A stretch of 63,635 nucleotides of DNA, the filler included, from Octopus bimaculoides (taxonomy: Eukaryota): assembly GCF_001194135.2 (NCBI RefSeq). It is 6 parts of 5 records of this genome, joined end to end, with 100 filler letters (N's around TTAATTAATTAA, not from the genome) between each part and the next. Parts side by side here need not be neighbours in the genome. Positions count along the whole stretch, not along the records: positions 11,258 to 17,890 come from NC_068982.1; positions 17,991 to 38,543 come from NC_069000.1; 4 more parts are not named here. One strand, 5' to 3'. Positions 11,366 through 21,270 of the stretch are shown here, piece by piece (within the stretch, counting starts at the first letter, position 1; the number at the start of each line of letters is the position of its first letter). The notes beneath the pieces were generated by a model. It saw only the letters and a program-made list of their open reading frames with translations, did not search any database and was not told the origin of the DNA. Position numbers and translations under genes: made by a program.

Positions 11366-13984
11366 ATTTGAGTTTTCTAGTTTTTAATTGAGTTTTTTTT
11401 TAATTTCCTAAAACTTATGCAATTTTTTTCATTGGCTTATTCGTTCCTTAAAGTAATGCAATAAATTTGTTCAATAAAAAAATACTTAATAAGCATTTAT
11501 ATATGTACATACACCTTTTATTAAAAATGTTTATGGAATATATGTATCATAATAAATATATTATATATGCTGTATTATATTTAAATACGTATATATATAT
11601 ATATACGCAATACATGAATTAGTTTAAAGTTTATATATATTTGTTTGTGTGAATTAGTTAGACTGCGAAAATATAAGCTTTATTTCTCTGGCTATAAGAA
11701 TATATATGTGATTTCTTAGAAGTCATTACTGATATATAGTTTCTCGTCAGTATTACCATCATGACGGTGATGATAGTGGTTCATGGCGGTGGTGTGTTGG
11801 TAATGGTTGCTTGCAGTTGTTGGCCCGTGCTCCATTTTATATATACAAGCCAGCCTGTCTTTACTCTTCGTTCATACATACACCAAGCACTGCTTGGGAA
11901 GCAGTTATGGTGGTTGGCCAAGGCAGGCAGCAAAACAGCACACACACACACATACGCACGGACTTGTATGTTGTTTGTCTGGCTTGGCAATGGCTGGGCT
12001 TAGTCTTGCTAGCTAGGTTGCTTTGCTAGAATACTATTTCTGGTCGTCGTCGTCGTCATCGACGTCGCTGGTGGAAAGCAGGCAGCGCAGACATTGTTAT
12101 ATACACCCCCATCCTTCCTTAAAAAAATACCAAAAACAGACACTGACTAAACTAACAATAATAATAAACAATTTCTTCCTCGATTTTATTAATTTTCCTT
12201 TTTATTTCGCTTCCGTAATTCTTAAAATCAAATAAGAACAGCAACTTGCATATAGTAATTATGATCGGTTTAATTTTCTCACATCACCGTAGTGTCGTCT
12301 GTTTGTTCTCTCTCTCTCACTGTGTGTGTTGTAGTTAGGTTTTTACTTTGTTTTCTTGTATTTTTACAAGAATCTGGTTTCCCCTGGTGTTTCTTCATCA
12401 GAAATATACGTTCCGCTTTTTGTAGTCGATCGCAGCCGACTACCGCCATTATTATTGTCAATTGTACGCTGGCTATGAGGAGTTCACTTTCATTAAATCA
12501 TTATTGAAATATAAAATCTTAGAAATATCGTTATATTTGCAATGTTTTAAAAACTAATGCAGTGGTATATATAATTTATGCTAGTTGTGGCTAACTATAA
12601 CGCATGTAGTTTATAACATATTGTCTTCTCGCAAATTATCTTTTAATATCTAGTATATATATATATATGTGTGTGTGACATATACACTTATATATGAAGA
12701 TATATATATATATGACATATATGCGTTTGTGTGTACATAATGCAACCTTTGCTTGCTGTATTATTTGTACTCGCCATTATCATTGCTGTTAGTGCAATTT
12801 ATATAACCATTCAACTCTTGTTTTCAATGATAAGAGCAACTACAACAGTACCATAAGTAATCATGCTACCGTGAACATCACCATCAATCACAGAGTTTTT
12901 GTAACATATAATTAACTATCAGTTACTTTGACTCCTGTTCCTTTCTTATCCCCTGCACTCAAACATTTAAAGCTAATGGTAGTGGTGGTGGTAGTGTTCT
13001 TTGCCTACGACTAATTACTACTGCTACTACTCCTAATACTTATCTTCTCCTTCGTCCTCACTCTCAACTCTGCTCGGTTTCATTCTTACAGCGCGCTTTC
13101 TTTCTCACTCCCCTGCTCCTCCTTTTGCTTTTATTAAATCTGTTTCTTTTTAAAACAAGGACTACTAGTAGTCATCAATTATTCACCATCGCCATTACTG
13201 AAGCGTACACACACGCGCTACATTTTAGACACAGACACTTATGCAATGTGTACCGTACTCTCATATATACATTAGAACATATATACACACGTATATATAT
13301 CTATATAGATATAGATATATATACACACACACACTCACTTATCCTACGACCTCCAGTTACTATCATTATAATCCTCTCATCTCTTTATTCTTCTCTATTA
13401 TTTCACTCCACTAATCCGCTCTCTAGTTCGTTTTCCCTCCTCCTCCTCTCTCTGAATTGTCTTATTCCCTCACCTCTTTTTTTCCTCCCCTCCAGCTGCT
13501 ACTCTCTCTCTGAGATATTCTGCCGAAGGCCTACCACCATCCATGGCTGATTTCAACATAGTAACTATGTCTTATGTATGAATCTCTATGAACTGCCTGC
13601 TTTCTGTTAGTTGCGGTGGTGGTCGAGCTTTTCTAATATTAGGAGCAGACATAAAAATAAATAAATATTCTCCTTACGTTGCTCGCTTGTGTGCTTTTGT
13701 TTTTTTAGCTTTATATTGCTTTTGGCAGAAGAAAATAGAATAATTATTGTTGCTAGATTTTTTTTATAGACCTATGTCATCGAGAAGTTTCCTCCTCCTC
13801 CATCTAATTTTCCTGAAAACAAAACAAATATGGTCTTGAATGTGAATTTTCTTCATTATTTTAAAATGAAATTAATAATATTGAAAGTTAAGTAATACCC
13901 CTAAGCTTCCTGACTAGCAACGAAGCAATTTCAATGCAACACACACACATACACACGTATATATATTACAGATTATTGAAATAT

Positions 13985-14150
13985 ATTTATTTCTTTATTG
14001 CCCACAGGGGGCTAAACATAGAGGGGTCAAACAAGGACAGACAAAGGGATTATTAAGTCGATTACATCGACCCCAGTGCGTAACTGGTACTTATTTCGTC
14101 GACCTCGGCGGAATTTGAACTCAGAATTTCGCCCAGCGTGCTAACGCTTC
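13985..14150 (-). mobile_element. tRNA-derived SINE, family B, partial
   Basis: GTCGACCTCGGCGGAATTTGAACTCAGAA and GTCGATTACATCGACCCCAGTGCGTAACTGGTAC are shared with the full copy at 47696. Confidence 0.85.
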
Positions 14151-15499
14151 TGTGTGTAGTATATATATATGTAATTTTTGTGTGCGTATATGTACATATA
14201 TATGTTACTGTTCTTGAGAGATTACAACCTCGATATTGGATTAAAAAGTGTGTATTTATGACGAGAAAGATATCGACTTTAAAGCTTCCGCGCAGTTGCC
14301 TTCGTCAGTCTGAAGTACATTTTGTTTTCCAGGCCTTATATTTATTTTGCTTCATCGTGTTGGTTTAGCATTGTTGCTGCAAAGTAGTTGTGATGCTAAA
14401 GTCTTGTCATTGTAATGATAAATTTCCCATGTCTTCATATATATATATAAATATAAAGAGAGAGAGAGAGAAATGTATTTCGGGGAGTGACAAGTTTTAA
14501 AAAAAAAACTAATTCTATACGGCAACTTAGAATAAAATACTCAAAGATTAGCTTGCAAGTGAATAAAATATGTAATTCATAATTGTTAGTTTGATTAAAT
14601 ATTTTGTGCATAAATGTGTGTGTGTGTGTGTGTGTGTACAGTTATATATATCATCATTATTTTAACACCCATTATTTCATACCTGCATCGGTCAGACAAA
14701 ATCTATTGAGACAGGATGCTCTTCTTGTGACTATTATTTTACATACAGGCATGTAAAATGGTATTTTACCTTGTTGCTCCAACTACAAAGCATAATATGC
14801 TTTTAGGAAAAATTGCAAGCGAACAGCACTGCGTGCATGATGTGATATTTGTTTATAGTTTGCATGTGATATCCAACAAGATGAGGCACACATAAACATG
14901 CATATGCATACTTACATAAATGTGTGTGTAGTGAGAAAGAGAGAGAGAGAGAGATGGTTGGTTTCTTTCAGTTTCCATTTGTTAAATCCACACAAGGCCA
15001 AAGGCTTTAGTAGATGACCCAGGTGGCCTTGGTGCTATGCTGTGGAACTAGGCAAGAAACCGCATGGCTGTGAAGCTAATTCTTATTCTTACAGCCACAC
15101 CTACTCGCGTGTGCGTGTATGTGTATAAATATATGTATGTGTACAAATGCGTGTACATGTACCTATATGTGTATACATATATAGCCATAAGAAATGCACC
15201 CATTACACTCTAAAGACAAATCTTGAGTAGAGCCTTTATTCTTATCAAGGACATGACTCCTTCCTAGTGATGGTATCATGAGTAGAATGGTTAGCATTAG
15301 AATGTGTGTCCAATACAAAAATGAAACTGACAAGTAAGATGCAGTCTTCCAATGTGTCAATAATATCGGCATCATTGAATATGTGGTGACTTGCCCAACT
15401 GGTGAATAGTAAAACAATGATGTGTGTATTTATAATATATTTGTCCGTCCCTTAAATTGTAAGCTGAAACTGTGTGTATATAGACATGTATATGTACAC

Positions 15500-15732
15500 A
15501 TATGTATGTTTGTGTCAAGTGGTAGTTGTAAATGAGTTTCACTATCATACAAGCAGCAGTATTCTTTTCCATTATTCTGTGAAAACATGTTTAGCCTTGG
15601 AGAAATATTACCTTGCTTGGAAACAGGTAAGGGTTGGCAGTAGGAAAGACATCCTGACATGGAAAATCCGCTTTTATAGACTCCATCCAATCCATACAAA
15701 CATGGAAAAGTGGACATTAAAACGATGATGAT
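15500..15732 (+). mobile_element. Repeat with an RTE-like 3' tail ending in (GAT)n; a related minus-strand piece lies at about 16260-16560
   Basis: GGGTTGGCAGTAGGAAAGACATCC...CATGGAAAAGTGGACATTAAAACGATGATGA; the tail structure is recalled as typical of RTE-partnered SINEs. Confidence 0.5.
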
Positions 15733-15890
15733 ATAATACCTACATGAAGTTCTACAGTCTACTCAGTTTCATCCAAGGCTATAGATTGTTCGCAACCATT
15801 ATCCACTCCGCCCCAACATATTAAGTCATGCATCAGATATTTGCACTGCATAAAATAAATTTTTTAATATGATTTACAACTTTTACATCA

Positions 15891-16015
<125 letters not shown>

Positions 16016-16909
16016 TTAGAATAGAATAAGGGGAAATAAGAGACAGCTGGACAATGTAAGAGTGAGGCAAAAATTCAAAAGGTAGTGGACAAAATGTAGA
16101 CACCCTCAAAAATTAACTTAAACAGCTGTTCACAGTGAACTGTATGCAGAAAAGAAGGGAAAAGGATAAGAAATAGGCTAACGTTTCAGGTGAACCCTTT
16201 AAGAAAGAAGTTAGTGAGAAGAATCAAAACGATACCTGTTTAAAGCACATTTGTACCTTTCAATTGTATCATCATCATTTAACATTTTTTCCTTGTTGGA
16301 ATGGATTGGACTGTTCAACAGGAACTGATGAGCCAGAGGGCTCTGCTGAGCTCCAGTGTTTGCTTTGGCATGGTTTCTACAGCTGGATACCCTTCCTAAC
16401 ACAAACGACTTTACAAAGTGTACTGGGTACTTTTTTTTGGTGGCACCAACACTGGTGATGTCACCAAGTACTTGCAAGACAAAATCCCTCAACAAAATGG
16501 GGTGTAGTATTGAACAATGCGAAAGTATGGTAGAAGGACAGAGGTAGATGTCTTGATGAAGAGGTGAATACCTGGCTTCCTTTTCTGAAATGAGAGAGAT
16601 GGGGTGGTGGGGAGAGGGGAAAGGTCAAGGTACAAGGAGAAAGAATAGAAAAGATGGGTGAGTAGGTAAGTGCACTAAAGTGAAAAGAGTGTGACTTCAT
16701 TAGAGATGGGGATTGAGGTGGATTTCATTTGTGTGTGTGATTAATATAATATCTAAAAACAATCTGTATATGATAAATTACCATATCTATGCAGAACAGC
16801 AAGGATCAGATGTGGCTGTGTGGTAAGAAGCTTGCTTCCCAACAACATGGTTCCGGGTTCAGCCCCACTGTGTAACATTTTGGGCAGGTGTCTTCTACTA
16901 TAGCCTCAG

Positions 16910-17816
16910 ACTGATGTTGGAGGACTTTGAGACACTAGCGTTTTAACCAGGTTATGTTTGTTCAGTCAAAGCTACTCCCAGATCAGTGAAACAAGCAAGA
17001 ATGTTGGCTCTTGTTTATTGAGTTCAGCATACAAACTGTTTAGTGCCACAAAAAGATCTAGAACAAATTTACTCTGAAATCTTCAATGAAGTTCATTACT
17101 GGGTCAGCACATGTTTGCTTATTTTGAGAAACACATATCTCTCATTTTTCATATTTCTTTAGTGCTAACAGTATCAATAAAAATTTAACTTTCGCACTCC
17201 AGATGTTGGTAGTGTGTAGGTAAATGGCTGGATGGATTCTGAGAACCTTCAGAACAAGAAACTATGCTGGTCCTATGGAGGACATTTGTCCTCAGCTGTC
17301 TGGGCTACTGCTTCTCAACTGTGGTCACCTTACACTGTAGGATTAATAGCAGAACTTGAGATGGTTCAGCGATATTACATGAGGAAGATTGCATCAATGA
17401 AACAGCCGAGCTACCGGGAGAGACTGAAAGAGCTACGACTCTACTCCTTGGAGTGAAGATGGGAGAGGTATGCAGTGCTATATGTGTGGAAGATGCTGGA
17501 GGGGCTGGCACCAAACTTTGGAATTGAGAGTTATACCAGACATTGAAATAGACATCACTGCACTGTTCCAAAAGTCGCAGCTGTCTCATCTAAGGTGAGG
17601 ACCATGTACTGCAATAACTTGGAATTCAAAGGCCCACAGCTATTTAACTCCTTGCCAAAACATCTGAGGTATCTCTATGGAGTGGGAGTAGATGTTTTCA
17701 AGAAACAACTTGACCTCTTGCTATTTAAGATCCCAGATGAACCAATATCAAGGCAGGAAACTCAAAAGAAGGCAGCAGTATCGAACTCCCTCCTTCACCA
17801 AAAGCCAATCCCATAG
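16910..17816 (+). mobile_element. CR1/L2-group LINE 3' end (post-RT region), degenerate
   Basis: WSPYTVGLIAELEMVQRYYMRKI...SYRERLKELRLYSLE*RWERY...YVWKMLEGLAPN and GPQLFNSLPKHLR...VFKKQLDLLLFKIPDEP match the CR1/L2 C-terminal pattern. Confidence 0.85.
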
Positions 17817-17990
17817 AATTGGCCAATTAAAAGGTGATTACACTGGTGGTGCCCCAGCATGGTTGCAGCCTCAAAACTGAAACGTATAATNNNNNNNNNN
17901 NNNNNNNNNNNNNNNNNNNNNNNNNNNNNNNNNNTTAATTAATTAANNNNNNNNNNNNNNNNNNNNNNNNNNNNNNNNNNNNNNNNNNNN

Positions 17991-18033
<43 letters not shown>

Positions 18034-18056
18034 ATATATATATACATACACACATA

Positions 18057-18179
18057 CAGGGTGACCCAAAATGTTTTCGAAGAAGAGTATTTATTGTTCA
18101 TAAAAGAATAAAATTTGAAAATTTAACAAGTAGAAAGGTTAATCTATTTTAAAATGGTCTAGTGACATTTTGGCCACCG
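18057..18179. mobile_element. Tc1/mariner-type MITE of about 123 bp with TA TSD
   Basis: TA|CAGGGTGACCCAAAATGT ... ACATTTTGGCCACCG|TA. Confidence 0.75.
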
Positions 18180-18333
18180 TATGTGTGTATATATGTATAT
18201 ATATATATATTTATCAATTCGTTTTGTAAAATTCTTGATGTGAAATCGTGTGTTGTAACAGATATTGTTGTTTTTCGGGTCGGTCACTTTCTTTGCCAAA
18301 TAAACACACGCACTATATATTTTTCTTCACTCG

Positions 18334-18455
18334 TTTATTACTGTTCTTATTTTATTGTTTTAGCTCATATCTATTGTCCGAAATCTTTCGTCACACATCT
18401 GTGACCTCCAGACAATGGACATGAGTTAAAATAATAAAATAAGAACAATAATAAA
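18334..18455. repeat. 45-bp imperfect inverted repeat with a 32-bp spacer
   Basis: 18334-18378 TTTATTACTGTTCTTATTTTATTGTTTTAGCTCATATCTATTGTC is complementary to 18411-18455, with 5 differences, most of them G-U compatible. Confidence 0.9.
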
Positions 18456-19631
18456 CCCCACTAAGTCCGTTCGATAGCTGCAAAGCTCTTTCTGTTGTAT
18501 TTGAGATATACGGATAATTATTATTATTATTATTCTGCTGTATATAGCCGTGAGGCTTCGTGCTGTTATATATGCATAATTCTTTGTCTGTTGTATTCAT
18601 ATAAAATCTTGTTTGTTTCAGTCTTAGTATACATTCGCTAGCTATTTCCCAATAGCTTAATAACAGTATTAGCGCCTCCAAATTGAGTGGTCTCAGTGGT
18701 AATGGTGCGAAATCAATATGGTATTTTGGGTCATTGACTGACGGGGAAAACTCAGGTGGGAATTTTCCGTGTATCGCGTCTTTGTCTAAATTTCCCGTCT
18801 GTTAAGTTTTCGTTTTGTTTCCCGTTTGCTCGTTCTGCGCTTTCATCTAATTTTTTCTCCTTGTTGTATTCTGTATGTTCAACCCTTAATATATATAAAT
18901 NNNNNNNNNNNNNNNNNNNNNNNNNNNNNNNNNNNNNNNNNNNNNNNNNNNNNNNNNNNNNNNNNNNNNNNNNNNNNNNNNNNNNNNNNNNNNNNNNNNN
19001 NNNNNNNNNNNNNNNNNNNNNNNNNNNNNNNNNNNNNNNNNNNNNNNNNNNNNNNNNNNNNNNNNNNNNNNNNNNNNNNNNNNNNNNNNNNNNNNNNNNN
19101 NNNNNNNNNNNNNNNNNNNNNNNNNNNNNNNNNNNNNNNNNNNNNNNNNNNNNNNNNNNNNNNNNNNNNNNNNNNNNNNNNNNNNNNNNNNNNNNNNNNN
19201 NNNNNNNNNNNNNNNNNNNNNNNNNNNNNNNNNNNNNNNNNNNNNNNNNNNNNNNNNNNNNNNNNNNNNNNNNNNNNNNNNNNNNNNNNNNNNNNNNNNN
19301 NNNNNNNNNNNNNNNNNNNNNNNNNNNNNNNNNNNNNNNNNNNNNNNNNNNNNNNNNNNNNNNNNNNNNNNNNNNNNNNNNNNNNNNNNNNNNNNNNNNN
19401 NNNNNNNNNNNNNNNNNNNNNNNNNNNNNNNNNNNNNTATATATATATATATATGTGTGTATATATATATATATATATGTGTGTATATATATATATATAT
19501 ATGTGTGTATATATGTATATATATATATATATGTATATATATGTATGTATATGCATGTATGTATATGTATGTATATATGCATGTATGTATATGTATATAT
19601 ATATATATGTATGTATGCATGTATGTACTTT

Positions 19632-20039
19632 ATAAGAAAATGAAGGAAATGAAAAAAAGTTTCATACAGATATTTTTATCAAAAGCATTCAAATTGTACA
19701 TAGAAATTCTTATCTACAGCTGTTTCCATACATAATTATTGAATTTCAGAAATAAAATAAAATATTAGCAATATGGGCTAAGATAACATGGGTCTCAAAA
19801 ATATGGATAACAACTTCTGAGTTTGTCGTAGGTTAGCCTACACGTTGTTAAATTTCCTTTAGAAATTCTCCCTAAGGATATACACAATTTCACTGTTTAC
19901 GTATATGGAAATTTATTTCTGAAATTCAAGAATTGTGTATGGAAAACAGATGTAGGTAGGAATTTCTACGATTAATTTAAATGTCTTTAGATAAAAGACG
20001 TTTGTATGAAAATTTTTTCCATTTCCTTCATTTTCTTAT
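19632..20039. mobile_element. Foldback/MITE with TIRs of about 130 bp
   Basis: ATAAGAAAATGAAGGAAATG...TGAATTTCAGAAATAAA (19632-19756) is mirrored by TTTATTTCTGAAATTCA...CATTTCCTTCATTTTCTTAT (19912-20039). Confidence 0.85.
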
Positions 20040-20217
20040 TTTAAATACTTATACGTTTCGGTGATAAAGTAATACACTTGATTTTCTCTGAACGCTAGTG
20101 TAAACCGGTGAACTAGGATGCTCGCATCCCTTAAGGGACTTTAGTTCCTCGATTGATTAATATATATATATATATCGTTAGTGGATCATATATCCGAAAA
20201 AGAAGCACATTCTTAAA

Positions 20218-20315
20218 GTTAGAGCAGTAATATATTTACATGAAGTTAAATATATGTTCAGGTTTCGCGTCCATAAAGCGCTTAACTTTATAGACGACTC
20301 GTCAGACTCCAATGG
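20218..20315 (-). ncRNA. Candidate type I hammerhead ribozyme with long stems II and III
   Basis: Minus strand: TTGGAGT-CTGACGA-[12-bp stem II with one bulge]-GAAA-CCTGAA..TTCATG-TA. Stem I can pair only after an 11-nt insertion. A flank fragment of the same element occurs at about 2978-3031. Confidence 0.5.
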
Positions 20316-20483
20316 CTGCGGGTATATAACCTCTATTCAAACTGGCGGTAGAAAACCGTTACGGTTAGTTAATATATAAACAAAAGAATATAGTCTGATC
20401 CTTAAACGCGAGTTATCTCCCTTAGACCGGTCCGGTTGGCAAATCTTATGAATCTAAAAGGCAAAGAGTGAAACCGTGTTATT

Positions 20484-21270
20484 GGATCTTTCTGAATTGA
20501 CGGGCACCACTTGTTTTCTTAACGAAACACTTTCAAACTTAGGATACTGGTAGAATGTGTCATATAAAACATCTTTTTCTCTTAGCCTTCTTAACAAAAA
20601 TTTCAATATTGCAAGTTATTTCATGTTAAAGTTGTCGTATTTCTGTAATTTCAACCAATCACTGACGTCTATTCAGCTGAATACAGTTACTGCTGTTTTT
20701 GTAAACAATAATTTTTGCCGGTGTGAAGATCGTTATTCCCTAGTAAGGGTTTAGGGTTTTAGGGTTAGGGTTAGGGTTTTAGGGTTAGGTTTAGGGTTAT
20801 GAGTTAGGTTATGGCAAAAATAATCATAACCCTAACCTTAACCCTAACCCTAACCCTAACTCTAAAACCCGAATCCTAACCCTAACCCTAAATCTAAAAC
20901 CCGAACCCTAATCCTAAAATTAAAACCAGTACAAACGCACGAACGATGTTATAAATAACAGTACCGCTGATAATTGTTGTTGACAAACAACGGCACTAAT
21001 TTTATCCAAGGGAAAAGATCCCATTACACCGCACAACGTGTGGTGTTCACAATTTACAGCAGTAATTGTTTTCACCTCAATCGACGTCAGTGATTGGTTG
21101 AAATTACCGAAATACGACAAATTTTTACATGAAATAACTTCGAATACAAAAATTTTTATCTGTTCTATAACACAAAATATACAAGTATACGAAGTTTGAA
21201 AGTGTTTCGGTACCAAAAACACTACATACAACATAAATGAAAAGTGGTGCCCGTCAATTCAGAAAGATCC
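20484..21270. mobile_element. Foldback DNA transposon with long TIRs and an internal inverted telomeric-repeat core
   Basis: Ends are GGATCTTTCTGAATTGACGGGCACCACTT / AAGTGGTGCCCGTCAATTCAGAAAGATCC, with imperfect arm similarity over about 210 bp. Flanks GTGTTATT / GTCTTATA form an imperfect 8-bp TSD. Confidence 0.9.
20744..20919. repeat. Degenerate (TTAGGG)n followed by (CCCTAA)n
   Basis: G-rich repeats at about 20744-20812, a short A-rich spacer, then C-rich repeats at about 20825-20919. Confidence 0.95.

Noticed and set aside
15612-15632. TTGCTTGGAAACAG|GTAAGG resembling the 37907 micro-exon
   Set aside because: It lies inside a repeat, so the match is most likely coincidental.
20744-20919. 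Ancestral chromosome end-to-end fusion site
   Set aside because: The repeats are enclosed by transposon TIRs and a TSD, so mobile-element origin explains them.
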